Position numbers and translations under genes: made by a program
Source of the DNA: Patescibacteria group bacterium
GTDB lineage: Bacteria; Patescibacteriota; Patescibacteriia; Veblenbacterales; UBA10138
Length of the DNA: 64,000 bases
Assembly (NCBI GenBank): GCA_041645215.1
Contig: JBAZQK010000006.1
Coordinates: 12,116-76,115 of the forward strand
Direction: 5' to 3'
In this document: piece after piece, positions 18,271 to 28,250 of the stretch
Numbering within the stretch: the stretch's first letter is position 1
Layout: every line of letters starts with the position of its first letter
Notes under the pieces: generated by a model
Seen by the model: only the letters and a program-made list of their open reading frames with translations
Databases searched by the model: none
Told to the model about the DNA's origin: nothing

Positions 18271-19933
18271 ACTTAATTCAGCTAATCGGCTGTGGTTTTA
18301 CGCCAGCGGGTTAGTCTGGCTGTTGAGTTTGGATATTTTATCCTGGTTGGGCTGGGATTATCCCGTGGTCGGTTCTCTCATGGCTTTAACCATCGGCCTT
18401 GTTTGGTTTTATATCGCCAGTCGAAATATTACAATTGGCGTCGGTTGGTTGATTTTAGAATTGATAATTGGTTCATTTGGCCTCCTGTTTAATTTGAGCT
18501 TTGGCAGTACTACTATTTCGCTGCGGTTAATTCTTTTTTTATTCGCGCTCGGCTTAATAAATTGGCGATTATGGTTTAAGCGTGATTACGTATATTTGCT
18601 TAATCGTTCAGTTTTATGGTACGGCTTGGCTTTGCTGGGTATCGGTTGGGCGTTGATGGTGGCGTTGGCGCGCGGTAATGCGTGGGGCAGTATTTTTTTG
18701 GATTTAAACGGCTACCTTTATTTACTACTGTGGCCGCTGTTTGTTATTATGGCAGCCACGGATGAATCATGGCTGTCAACCGTAAAGAAATTTGTATACC
18801 TTGGTCTGGGGTGGTTGGGCTTGCGGACTATTATAATATTTTATCTTTACAGTCATTTTGACAGCAGTTATCTATGGCCGCTTTATCAGTGGTATCGAGA
18901 TTTAGGTTTGGGTGAAATAACTTACATTAGCGGTAATTATTTCCGGATTTTTTCGCAAAGTCAAATTTGGTCTTTGTTGGCGGCGGCCGCCGGATTTATT
19001 TATCTCGCGGCCGATAGCGGTATTAAAATGCTAAAAAATCGTAATTACCTGTTATATTTAATGATTTGGTTTAATCTGGTAATTGTCATTATAAGTTTGT
19101 CGCGAAGTTTTTGGTTGGGCGGTTTAACGGTTTGGTTATTAATCAGTCTGTGGCTAGTTGTTAAAAAATGGCAGCAAGCAATACGTTATGTAATAATTTC
19201 AGGGGTGATTATGTTATCAGCTATGGGGGCTGTGCGTTTTATCAACCAGGTTCCGTGGCCGGCGGTGCCGGCGGCGAGCGGTAATGCCCTGGCCAGTCGT
19301 TTTAGCAGTAATGAAGCGGCCGGGCAGAGTCGCTGGAATTTGCTTAAGCCATTGGTGAACCAAATTAACACCGCTCGACTGGTGGGATATGGCTTGGGCG
19401 CGGATATAACTTATCACTCGCTTGATCCTCGTGTCGTGGCGTCCACGGCGGGCGGAATAGGCGTAGTAACAGTGACGGCGTTTGAGTGGGGCTATTTAGA
19501 TATGTGGCTTAAGTTTGGCTTAGTCGGTTTATTAGCTTTGTTGGGATTTTTACTGCAGGGCTGGGGGAGGAATTTTTTTAAGTGGTGGCGGGCCGTTGAT
19601 GTCAAAGCCAGCTGGTTTATTCATCCCTGGCTGGCCTTGCTGGTGGTAAATATTACCACGCCATATTTAAATCATCCTTTAGGTTTAGGCGCTATAATGT
19701 TGATATTGGCGGTGGTTTTACAAGGAGATGGTTCCAAAACCCTTTTCGTGGCGAAAGCTATGATTTTTGAACGAGACAAGGAAGATGAGCAAAATGCCCG
19801 GAAACGTAGCAGTAGCTACGATGAGGACATTTTGGGAAATCTGACGCAGTCGCAGTCAAAAAACAGAGATTGCAGCAGAAATAGGGTTTTGGAACCATCT
19901 CAAGATCAGGCCGGTAAAAAATATGTTAATTAA
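18230..19933 (+). CDS. O-antigen ligase/Wzy-like membrane protein with in-frame MITE insertion near its C-terminus
   Basis: Multi-TM; ISLSRSFWLG, SRW, GYGLG, YLDMWLKFGLVGL motifs. Confidence 0.8.
   Translation: MSSKFFSLNFPTRKLNSANRLWFYASGLVWLLSLDILSWLGWDYPVVGSLMALTIGLVWFYIASRNITIGVGWLILELIIGSFGLLFNLSFGSTTISLRLILFLFALGLINWRLWFKRDYVYLLNRSVLWYGLALLGIGWALMVALARGNAWGSIFLDLNGYLYLLLWPLFVIMAATDESWLSTVKKFVYLGLGWLGLRTIIIFYLYSHFDSSYLWPLYQWYRDLGLGEITYISGNYFRIFSQSQIWSLLAAAAGFIYLAADSGIKMLKNRNYLLYLMIWFNLVIVIISLSRSFWLGGLTVWLLISLWLVVKKWQQAIRYVIISGVIMLSAMGAVRFINQVPWPAVPAASGNALASRFSSNEAAGQSRWNLLKPLVNQINTARLVGYGLGADITYHSLDPRVVASTAGGIGVVTVTAFEWGYLDMWLKFGLVGLLALLGFLLQGWGRNFFKWWRAVDVKASWFIHPWLALLVVNITTPYLNHPLGLGAIMLILAVVLQGDGSKTLFVAKAMIFERDKEDEQNARKRSSSYDEDILGNLTQSQSKNRDCSRNRVLEPSQDQAGKKYVN
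19725..19901. mobile_element. 177-bp MITE-like element, copy 1
   Basis: Terminal inverted repeats GAGATGGTTCCAAAA...TTTTGGAACCATCTC, AAG on both sides; homologous copy at 46940. Confidence 0.9.
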
Positions 19934-20978
19934 TCATCCTAAATTATCAATTCATTTGGTGACGCATAATGGCGCGGCTTGGTTGCCGTATTGTTTAGAG
20001 TCGTTGTCGCGCCAGCTTAGCATGGATTTTTTCCTGCTCATCATTGACAATGCGTCGCTGGATAATTCAGTTTTAATAGTGAATGATTGGTTAAGAGCTC
20101 ATGCCGCGCTGTTTAGCAGGGCCCGGGTTATACAGCATAAACAAAATTTGGGTTTTGCCCGCGCCCATAACCAAGCCCTGGCCTGGAGTCAAAGTGAATA
20201 TGTAATGTTGCTTAATCAGGATGTGATTTTGGCTGATAATTATACTTTGGACATAATGAAATTTATGGACACCACGGCGGCGGCCGCGGCCGTGACTGGT
20301 AAAATCAGGCAATGGGATTTTATAGCTGATACTTTTTATTATGAAAGTCTTAAGGATAAATCAGAGGCAAAGATTGACACCGTTGGCTTAAAAATCAGCC
20401 GCGGCCGTAAAGTTACTGAAATTAATCAAGGTCAGGCCGATAATAACAAACCCCTGTGGCCGCAACCGGTATTTGGCGTTTCGGGCGCCGCTCCGCTTTA
20501 TCGTCGCGCGTGTTTGGAGGCTGTCAGTTCGGCTGGCGAAATTTTTGACGAAGATTTTGTGTCTTACAAAGAGGATGTTGATATGGCGTGGCGTCTGCGG
20601 TTGGCCGGTTTTAGCGCTTATTGCGTACCAAGCGCGATTGCCTATCATGATCGTGGTTTGGCGCAAGCTAGTGACAGCTCGGTGCTAGATTTAATTAAAC
20701 ATCGTTCCGGTTGGCCACAAGAGTTGAGAATTGCCTCGGTGGCGAATCATTGGGGAGTATTAGTTAAGAATGATAGTTGGTACAACTGGGCGCGCGACTG
20801 GCCGTGGATTATTGGTTTTGAGTTTAAGAAGCTGGCCTATTTATTATTATTTGAACCACAGGTGTTAGGCGGCGGTCTGCGGCGTTTTTTTGCGGTTTTG
20901 CCCCGATTTTTGCGTAAGCGCCGTTTGTTAAAAACAACTCACCGTCTTAAACCGGCGGAGTTGCGTCGCTGGTGGTAA
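19923..20978 (+). CDS. Glycosyltransferase family 2
   Basis: IIDNASLDNS, NLGFARAHN, LLNQDV, FDEDFVSYKEDVD. Confidence 0.92.
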   Translation: MLINHPKLSIHLVTHNGAAWLPYCLESLSRQLSMDFFLLIIDNASLDNSVLIVNDWLRAHAALFSRARVIQHKQNLGFARAHNQALAWSQSEYVMLLNQDVILADNYTLDIMKFMDTTAAAAAVTGKIRQWDFIADTFYYESLKDKSEAKIDTVGLKISRGRKVTEINQGQADNNKPLWPQPVFGVSGAAPLYRRACLEAVSSAGEIFDEDFVSYKEDVDMAWRLRLAGFSAYCVPSAIAYHDRGLAQASDSSVLDLIKHRSGWPQELRIASVANHWGVLVKNDSWYNWARDWPWIIGFEFKKLAYLLLFEPQVLGGGLRRFFAVLPRFLRKRRLLKTTHRLKPAELRRWW

Positions 20979-20995
20979 GGTTAGTAAAATTAGCT

Positions 20996-21799
20996 ATGAA
21001 ACTCTCAATTATTATTTTAAATTATCACAGCGCGGGATTGGTGCGGCAGTGCGTGCGCGGTGTTTATAAGGCGCCGCCGCCGCTGGAGTTTGAAGTTATT
21101 GTGGTTGATAACGCCTCTAGCGACGGGGTGGGCGAATGGCTAAAAGTCAATTACCCGCCAGTGGTTTTTGTGCAATTAAAAAAGAACCGCGGTTATTCCG
21201 CCGGTAATAATGCCGGTATCAAGCAGGCACAAGGTGAATATGTACTGATACTTAATCCGGATGTCGTTATTGCCAAGGGCCAGCTTGAGCAAATGGTAAA
21301 GTTTATGAATAAAAATAAATCGGTTGGTTTAGCCGGTCCGCGATTGACAAATCCCGACGGCAGTCTGCAATATTCAACTTACCATTGGCCGTCGTTCTGG
21401 CTGCCCATTTGGCGGCGAACTAGATTGGGCCAATGGTCAGTTTGGGCGCGGCAGGTAAAAAAATATCAAATGATGGATTGGGGTCATCAGGATAACCGTC
21501 CGGTTGATTGGTTGTTGGGGGCGTGTTTAATTGCCCGGCAAACGGCCTTGAAAACGGTTGGCTTATTAGACGAGAGGTATTTTTTGTATGTGGAAGACAC
21601 TGATTGGTGCCGGCGGTTCTGGCAGGCCGGCTGGCAAGTATATTACATAGCCGAAGTCAGTTTAACGCATTTTCACGAGCGCCTGTCGGCCCAGGCCGGC
21701 TGGTCGGCTTTGTTTAAAAAAGTTACCTGGATACACATCAGTTCCTGGTTAAAGTATTTTAGGAAATGGGGTTTAAAAGTGCCCCAGTATAATAATTGA
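20996..21799 (+). CDS. Glycosyltransferase family 2 (WbbL-like)
   Basis: MKLSIIILNY, VVDNASSDG, LILNPD, LDERYFLYVEDTDWC; start moved to ATG 20996. Confidence 0.92.
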   Translation: MKLSIIILNYHSAGLVRQCVRGVYKAPPPLEFEVIVVDNASSDGVGEWLKVNYPPVVFVQLKKNRGYSAGNNAGIKQAQGEYVLILNPDVVIAKGQLEQMVKFMNKNKSVGLAGPRLTNPDGSLQYSTYHWPSFWLPIWRRTRLGQWSVWARQVKKYQMMDWGHQDNRPVDWLLGACLIARQTALKTVGLLDERYFLYVEDTDWCRRFWQAGWQVYYIAEVSLTHFHERLSAQAGWSALFKKVTWIHISSWLKYFRKWGLKVPQYNN

Positions 21800-21826
21800 A
21801 CTCCCGCTTTAATAAGGGGGAGTTCA
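21797..21826. terminator. Hairpin between convergent genes
   Basis: TGAACTCCC...GGGAGTTCA. Confidence 0.6.
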
Positions 21827-21840
21827 GGTTTATTGAAAAA

Positions 21841-22224
21841 TTATTTTAAATTGGCTAAGAATTGAGAAAAAGCTTGTTTTAATCTGCCGCCATAGAGTTT
21901 ATAACCGTCTAAACTGTTGAATATTTTTGTCAATTCTTCCGGAATTTTGGATAAATTATTTTTGTTGATTTTATCTTTGGTAATAACGGAATATCTAGTG
22001 TCAATGATGATGACTTCACCAGCGGAGTTATAAACAATAAAAATATCAGGGTCAATGTATTCATTTAGGGTAGAATAATTTTCTGCAGCTTCGAGGGTTA
22101 AGGCCACATTGATAAGACCAATGGTAATTTTTTTTGGCAAAGGTTTACCATCATATTTAAAGTTTATTATGATAAGAGGTTTACCAGCGTAATAGCTTAT
22201 AACGGCTTCATTGTTAGGGTCCAT
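21841..22224 (-). CDS. Hypothetical protein
   Basis: 127-aa AT-rich ORF with AGGAG upstream; no competing ORF. Confidence 0.65.
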   Translation of the reverse strand: MDPNNEAVISYYAGKPLIIINFKYDGKPLPKKITIGLINVALTLEAAENYSTLNEYIDPDIFIVYNSAGEVIIIDTRYSVITKDKINKNNLSKIPEELTKIFNSLDGYKLYGGRLKQAFSQFLANLK

Positions 22225-22248
22225 TTTTTCTCCTGAAGTTAGTTATTT

Positions 22249-22494
22249 TTATCGATAGAAACCTGGTGGCGGTGGTCCAAATATAATAGTGATGCTAAGT
22301 ATTAACAATAGAATACCGATAATCGTAAATGCTATAGCTGATAGCATTAAAGTCCGTTTCGTTTTTTTTGTTTGCGGTTTTGTTTGCGGTTGACAAGCCC
22401 AGTACGTATAATGTATGGCCAATCCCCAAGCAAGTAATGTAATTATAGGCAGGACTATTTTTATTAATTGAGCTGCTGCTGAAATTGTTTCCAT
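22249..22494 (-). CDS. Small two-TM membrane protein
   Basis: Two hydrophobic helices, PPPPG tail, AAGGAG upstream. Confidence 0.65.
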   Translation of the reverse strand: METISAAAQLIKIVLPIITLLAWGLAIHYTYWACQPQTKPQTKKTKRTLMLSAIAFTIIGILLLILSITIIFGPPPPGFYR

Positions 22495-22633
22495 ATTTGA
22501 CTCCTTGATTTGTTAGTGAACGATTTATTTAATTTGTTCAGTTCAATTGGGTGTATTTTAGCTCTTTTAATGTTTTTGTCAAGGCAGAGTTGGATGTTGA
22601 CTTATACCCTTTTTTTAGCTAAAGTAAGCTGGT

Positions 22634-23641
22634 ATGTTTACTAAAAAAATCGGTATTGATTTAGGCACAACTTATACGTTGGTTCACGTTCCCGGGCGCG
22701 GAATTATTATTAATGAGCCGTCGGTGGTGGCTATTTCAACAGTTGATCGTTCGGTTTTGGCAGTGGGCGAAGAAGCCAAGGAAATGCTGGGACGGACGCC
22801 GGATACAATAGTGGCACTGCGGCCGTTAAAGGATGGAGTAATTGCTGATTATCGCACGACCGAGGCCATGTTGCGTTATTTTATAAACAAGGCTTTGGGT
22901 GGTATGAGGTTTTTTAAACCCGAGGTTATGATAGCGGTTCCGGCCGGTATAACGTCAACCGAGCGCCGGGCGGTTATTGACGCCACGATCGCGGCCGGAG
23001 CCAAAGCGGCTTATATAATCAAAGAGCCAATCGCGGCGGCCATTGGGGCTAATATACCGATTGGTTCGGCATCTGGCCATATGATAGTTGATATGGGCGG
23101 CGGCACTTCTGAAGTGGCTATTATTTCCTTGGGCGGAATTGTCGCTAACACCTCGGTGCGAACTGGCGGCAATAAGCTTGACGCGGCCATTGGGGAGTTT
23201 ATCCGAAAAAAATATGGTTTGGCGATTGGCGAACAAACCGCCGAGGAAATAAAAATTAAAATTGGTTCGGCCCTGTACTTGCAGGACAAGCTTACTATGG
23301 ATGTTAGAGGCCGTGATATGATATCGGGTTTACCGCGGACCGTCCCCGTCAGTTCCGATGACATAACCGAGGCCATTCAAAGTGTGTTGGATGGAATCAT
23401 TCACGCGGTTAAATCGGTTTTGCAAATTACCCCGCCGGAATTATGCGCCGATGTTATTGATAAGGGTATGGTGCTGTCGGGTGGCACGGCGTTGCTGCGC
23501 AACCTGGACAAATTATTCACCCAAGCCACCGGCGTTACGGCTTACGTGGCCGACGAGTCATTATTATGTGTGGCTAAGGGCACTGGTGTCGCTTTAGATA
23601 ATCTGGAATCGTATAAGCGGAGTATTTTGTCCACTAAATAA
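22634..23641 (+). CDS. mreB: Rod shape-determining protein MreB
   Basis: IGIDLGT, EPSVVAI, RPLKDGVIADY, VDMGGGTSEVA, LSGGTALL. Confidence 0.97.
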   Translation: MFTKKIGIDLGTTYTLVHVPGRGIIINEPSVVAISTVDRSVLAVGEEAKEMLGRTPDTIVALRPLKDGVIADYRTTEAMLRYFINKALGGMRFFKPEVMIAVPAGITSTERRAVIDATIAAGAKAAYIIKEPIAAAIGANIPIGSASGHMIVDMGGGTSEVAIISLGGIVANTSVRTGGNKLDAAIGEFIRKKYGLAIGEQTAEEIKIKIGSALYLQDKLTMDVRGRDMISGLPRTVPVSSDDITEAIQSVLDGIIHAVKSVLQITPPELCADVIDKGMVLSGGTALLRNLDKLFTQATGVTAYVADESLLCVAKGTGVALDNLESYKRSILSTK

Positions 23642-23654
23642 TGGTGATAATTCT

Positions 23655-23860
23655 CAAATCCTAAATGCTACTCAACCTATAAAATTCCGATTTAAAACAT
23701 TAAAGATAAGTTAAAAGTTAGAAGTCAAAAGTCAAATCTGTCGTACCTGCGGTAGATCTCCCGCAGGGAGACAACGCAAAATTAAAAACTATAAAACTTT
23801 TGACTTTTACCATGTGCTTTTGATTTTTGACTTTTGAATTTTGAGTTAACATGATTTAGG
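23655..23860. repeat. Heptamer tracts (TCAAAAG / CTTTTGA) in inverted arrangement around a GC hairpin
   Basis: TTAAAAGTTAGAAGTCAAAAGTCAAA, then CCTGCGG..CCGCAGG, then ACTTTTGACTTTT...TTTTTGACTTTTGAATTTTGA. Confidence 0.7.
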
Positions 23861-23877
23861 TTTTAAGTTTTATTGCG

Positions 23878-25182
23878 ATGTCTTTACCTGATATATTATT
23901 TCTACTGTTAATTCCCTTTGCCGTCCTGGCGTGGCGGCGATGGGATTGGGCGCTGTTGACCATATTGGCGCTGTTGCCGTCGTATTTGTGGCGTCTGACA
24001 GTGGGAGGGATACCAACGACCTGGCTGGAAGCGGCGATTTATATTTTGTTAATAGTCGTGCTGTTGCGCAGTCAGTGGTGGAATTTTATTAAATCAAACT
24101 GGCTGACTAACCGCAGTTGGATAGTATTAGGGTTAGGTTGGGCGCTGGTGGCGATAGCGGGCGTAGTGGTTGCTCCGGATAAGCGTTTGGCCCTTGGTAT
24201 TTTAAAAGGTTGGATAATGGATCCGCTGGTAGTGGCGGTTTTGTTTTATTACGCGACAGCGGCGGCAGTCAGCAAAATTGAATGGTGGCAAAAAGTAACG
24301 GCGGCATTTTGGTGCGGTGGCGTTTATACAAGTTTGTCCGCCTTAATAATGGCGTATAGCAGTAATGCGACCCGTTTTAACGGGTGGTATGATTCGCCCA
24401 ATGTGCTGGCGATGTATTTACTGCCGATTTTGGCTATGTCATTATTGGTTACTCGGCGCCAAGAATTTAAAAATACTCCAAGTCTGTTACTGAAAATCGG
24501 GTGGTGGGGCGGCAACGCAATTATGGCCGCGGCTTTATTTGGCACCAATTCTTATACCGCGCTAATCGCCCTGGCGGCCGGGGCGCTAATGTATGTATTA
24601 TTTTCAATTAACTATAATAGAATTCTGGCGGCCGGTTTAGGCTTTAGTATTGTGGTGGTTGGCATATTACTGCCGTTTGTTATGACGCCTGCCAATTATT
24701 GGTTCCCGTTGACTCATTACAACAGCACTTATAAACTTGATTCCGGACAAATGCGTTTAATTCTGTGGCGCGAGGCCGGTCAGGTAATACAAACTAAGCC
24801 GCTATGGGGGTTGGGCTTGGGTCAATGGCAGCCTTATTTTTTAAATAAAGTAATGCCTTATAAACCGGAACTTAGGCAACCGGGTGTGACCCTAGAGTTG
24901 TATTATGCCAGTTTATTTCCGCATAATTTGTGGTTGACGACTTGGTTGAATTTGGGGTTGCTAGGGGTGATAATTTTGGCAATTTTGGCGGGCAAATTAT
25001 TTAGGGCAGTAACTAGGACTAAGGCCGTTGAATTGATGGTGGTTTTGGCAATAATTTTGACGCAGGGAATGGTTGATACGCCGTTTTATAAAAATGATTG
25101 GTCTATAATGTGGTGGGTTATGGTGGCGGCGGTAGCTTGGCTAAACAACGACGCCCGCTTAAGTGCCAGTAAAATCGGGTAA
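23878..25182 (+). CDS. O-antigen ligase family membrane protein
   Basis: Multi-TM; SPNVLAMYL, R..LW..A....P.WGLGLG, PHNLWL. Confidence 0.85.
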   Translation: MSLPDILFLLLIPFAVLAWRRWDWALLTILALLPSYLWRLTVGGIPTTWLEAAIYILLIVVLLRSQWWNFIKSNWLTNRSWIVLGLGWALVAIAGVVVAPDKRLALGILKGWIMDPLVVAVLFYYATAAAVSKIEWWQKVTAAFWCGGVYTSLSALIMAYSSNATRFNGWYDSPNVLAMYLLPILAMSLLVTRRQEFKNTPSLLLKIGWWGGNAIMAAALFGTNSYTALIALAAGALMYVLFSINYNRILAAGLGFSIVVVGILLPFVMTPANYWFPLTHYNSTYKLDSGQMRLILWREAGQVIQTKPLWGLGLGQWQPYFLNKVMPYKPELRQPGVTLELYYASLFPHNLWLTTWLNLGLLGVIILAILAGKLFRAVTRTKAVELMVVLAIILTQGMVDTPFYKNDWSIMWWVMVAAVAWLNNDARLSASKIG

Positions 25183-25184
25183 TT

Positions 25185-26195
25185 ATGACTAAGCAAGCGC
25201 CGTGGCAAATTAATAATCCGGTTGGCCGATATTTATCGCAATTGATTGATAATGACAGTTTGAGTCATGCCTATCTTATTTATGGTCAGTCGGGAGTAGG
25301 TAAGGTTGATGTGGTTGAGTTTTTTTTACAAAAATTATTTTGTTTATCGGCCACTGATAAGCCCTGCGCCAAATGCTCGGCTTGTCAACAGGTTAAGTCG
25401 CGGCATTTGCCGGACGTTTACTGGATAGCCAAAGCTAACGGGCGACAGGATATTTTAATTCAACAAATACGAGACTTGTGGGCGTTCGTTAAAAACCGAT
25501 CATACAGTGGGGGGTGGCGGGCCGTAGTTATTAATTTGGCCGATGACATGAATGCTGAAGCCGCCAATGCCTTACTCAAAATATTGGAGGAGCCGGCCGA
25601 ACGGGTGATATTTATTTTGGTGGCGGTCAATTGGCGTAAAATACCGCGCACTATCGTGTCGCGTTGTCAGTTGCTGCCACTCGGTTTGATGCCACTAGAC
25701 GAGCTGGCAAAATTAATTGAGGCCGCGGGAGCCGAGCGGCAATCAGCCGTTGAGTTGGCCGCTTTAGCCGGGGGGCGAGTTTCCCGAGCGTTAAATTGGT
25801 TGAATAATAATAGTGAACCGGCTGTGCGCGTGCAGTTGGCCGGTAAACTTATGGCCGCGGCCCGCCAGAATTCTTGGTCGGATTGGCAACTGTTAATTAA
25901 TGATTATTTGATTAAGCCCGGCGATAGCTTATCCCCAGCTCAATTAAGCCAAGACTTATTAGTAGTGGCGCAGGAAGTCGGGCAGGATATTTTAAGAACC
26001 AAACTGGGTTTGGGGCAGTTTATAACTTATCAAAAATACCAATCTGAGCTAAAATTACTGGCAGATTCATGGTCGTATCAGTTGCTCAAGTTTTGGTTCG
26101 AGCAGTTGGCAACGGCTCAGACCAAGATTATGGCTAACGGCAATGTTAAATTGACCTTAGAATGTATGATAGCTAATATAATAGATTATGAATAA
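25185..26195 (+). CDS. holB: DNA polymerase III delta-prime subunit
   Basis: SHAYLIYGQSGVGK, C..PCAKCSAC, AANALLKILEEP, TIVSRC. Confidence 0.92.
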   Translation: MTKQAPWQINNPVGRYLSQLIDNDSLSHAYLIYGQSGVGKVDVVEFFLQKLFCLSATDKPCAKCSACQQVKSRHLPDVYWIAKANGRQDILIQQIRDLWAFVKNRSYSGGWRAVVINLADDMNAEAANALLKILEEPAERVIFILVAVNWRKIPRTIVSRCQLLPLGLMPLDELAKLIEAAGAERQSAVELAALAGGRVSRALNWLNNNSEPAVRVQLAGKLMAAARQNSWSDWQLLINDYLIKPGDSLSPAQLSQDLLVVAQEVGQDILRTKLGLGQFITYQKYQSELKLLADSWSYQLLKFWFEQLATAQTKIMANGNVKLTLECMIANIIDYE

Positions 26196-27429
26196 ATATA
26201 AATTGATTCTCCTTCGCCTAAAATTCCGGGCGATAGCTCGATGGACATCCAGCCTTCGCAGCCGTTTCGGCGGAGTAGGCTGGAGGCTTGTTTCACTTCG
26301 TCATCGCTCCGCGAGATCTAGCGAAGCCATGACGAGATCTCACATAGCGAGAGCGGCTACGGCGGAATTCCGCTGGGATAGCACGGCCAAAGGTAAGTGG
26401 AGCTTCATTTGGTTGGTTTTAATAACGCTGGTTTTAGTTGGCGCCGGTTGCAGCTTTAAAACTGCCAGTCGAACTGCCGATGGCGGGGTTTACCGTTCGG
26501 ATGATTTGGGTAAAACCTGGCAGCAAAAAGTATTTGCCGGTCAGCAGAATAATAAGAACGTTACCATTGCCAGTCTTGATATTCGGGATTTGCAATTTTC
26601 CGCGGCTGACACAGGCGTCTTGGCGGCCGTGGCCGGCGATAAGGGATTGTTAATAACCAGCGATGGCGGTGAACAGTGGCGGCAAATTTATCAACAACCA
26701 GCCACCGCCGTTGCCATTCACCCCACTGCTAAAGACACTTTTTACATAGCCGCGGGCAACCGAATTTATCGGACGACCGATAGCGGGCAAAATTGGCAAA
26801 CCGTTTATTTAGACACTACGCCCGACGCGCAAATAACCGCTGTGGCCACCAACCGAGCCAACGATAAGCAAATTTTGGCCGCCAGCTCGCGGGGCATTCT
26901 TTTACAAAGTCTTGATTCCGGAAATTCCTGGGAGCAACTTTACTTATTTAAGGCGGCGATAGCAAAAATATTGTTTAACCAAGTTAATGGTAAGTTGATT
27001 TTTGTGGCCCAGACTGACGGCCGCTTGTGGCGGTCGTATGATAGTGGCGTTAGTTGGACTGATTTATCAAACACTATTAAACAGTTGAATCCGCGCCGGG
27101 GGAGTTATCAGGCTATGACTTTTGTGGCGGACACGGCCAATATTTTATACGCCACCCAAAATGGATTAATGCTCGGGAGCGAGGCTGGTGAAAAGTGGTC
27201 TAATTTAAAACTGGTAACTGCCCCCGGCGCGGTAGCGCTGGTGTCGTTGGCGGTGCATCCCAAGTTGCCTAATAATATTTTTTACACTACTGCTACCGGT
27301 TTTTATCGCAGTGCTGATAAGGGCGAGACTTGGCAAACCAGTTCACTGCCGTCGTCGCGTCTACCTTCCAGTATGGCTATCAATCCATCAGCCAATAATC
27401 AAATTTATTTAGGATTTACCCGTAAATAA
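26188..27429 (+). CDS. BNR/Asp-box repeat beta-propeller lipoprotein
   Basis: Lipobox LVGAGC; repeated S.D.G.(T/S)W boxes; N-terminus extended by palindromic DNA, so the true start is uncertain. Confidence 0.8.
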   Translation: MNKYKLILLRLKFRAIARWTSSLRSRFGGVGWRLVSLRHRSARSSEAMTRSHIARAATAEFRWDSTAKGKWSFIWLVLITLVLVGAGCSFKTASRTADGGVYRSDDLGKTWQQKVFAGQQNNKNVTIASLDIRDLQFSAADTGVLAAVAGDKGLLITSDGGEQWRQIYQQPATAVAIHPTAKDTFYIAAGNRIYRTTDSGQNWQTVYLDTTPDAQITAVATNRANDKQILAASSRGILLQSLDSGNSWEQLYLFKAAIAKILFNQVNGKLIFVAQTDGRLWRSYDSGVSWTDLSNTIKQLNPRRGSYQAMTFVADTANILYATQNGLMLGSEAGEKWSNLKLVTAPGAVALVSLAVHPKLPNNIFYTTATGFYRSADKGETWQTSSLPSSRLPSSMAINPSANNQIYLGFTRK

Positions 27430-27434
27430 AATAT

Positions 27435-27989
27435 ATGTTATCACAACTCAATGAATTAACGCCCGACCTTGATAAGATTTTACAACACTTTAAGTCTGAA
27501 TTAGCTACTTTGCGGTCGGGCCGGGTTATGCCGTCTTTGGTAGAGCACTTAAAAGTTGAGGCTTATGGCACCCTGACACCCTTGATTGAACTAGCGTCCA
27601 TAAACGCGCCGGAGCCGCGTTTGATTGTGGTGCAGCCGTGGGACAAGAATATAATCCGTGATATTGACAAAGCGCTGCAGGCGGCTAACTTAGGGGTGGC
27701 GCCGGTTATTGACGGGGCTTTAATTAGGCTGAATTTTCCGTCCCTAACCGAGGATAAGCGAAAAGAATTAGTTAAACAGGTTGGCATTAAGGCCGAGGAG
27801 GCTAAGGTTAGCGTTAAGAATGTTCGTGAGGACACCCACAAAACCCTTAAAGCCGACAAGGATGCTGGCAGTTTAGCAGAAGATAATTTTTTTATTGCTC
27901 AGAAAGAGTTGCAAAAAATAGTGGACGATTATAACGGCCGGATAAAAAAAATCGCCGAGGATAAAGCCAAGGAGATAATGACGATTTAA
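27435..27989 (+). CDS. frr: Ribosome recycling factor
   Basis: LRSGR, VEAYG..TPL..LA, QPWDK, LTEDKRKELVK. Confidence 0.97.
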   Translation: MLSQLNELTPDLDKILQHFKSELATLRSGRVMPSLVEHLKVEAYGTLTPLIELASINAPEPRLIVVQPWDKNIIRDIDKALQAANLGVAPVIDGALIRLNFPSLTEDKRKELVKQVGIKAEEAKVSVKNVREDTHKTLKADKDAGSLAEDNFFIAQKELQKIVDDYNGRIKKIAEDKAKEIMTI

Positions 27990-28250
27990 TAGAAATTTAA
28001 AATGTAAATACCTGCCCGCCGCTCGCCTCACCTAATAGATAGATTGACGCCAAACTACAGCACTTTAATTTATAGCTAGAGCGTATTTGACACAGCGGCT
28101 TTGGCAGGCGGGTCAAAAATCAAAATTAATTTAAATTTTTGGTTGCCTCGCGCAACCATCCCGCCGCGGCGGGATAAAAGCGAAGCTTTTATTGTCATTT
28201 TTCATTTTAATTTTTAAATTTTACATTAAGTTGTCTAACAATTGAGTGAT

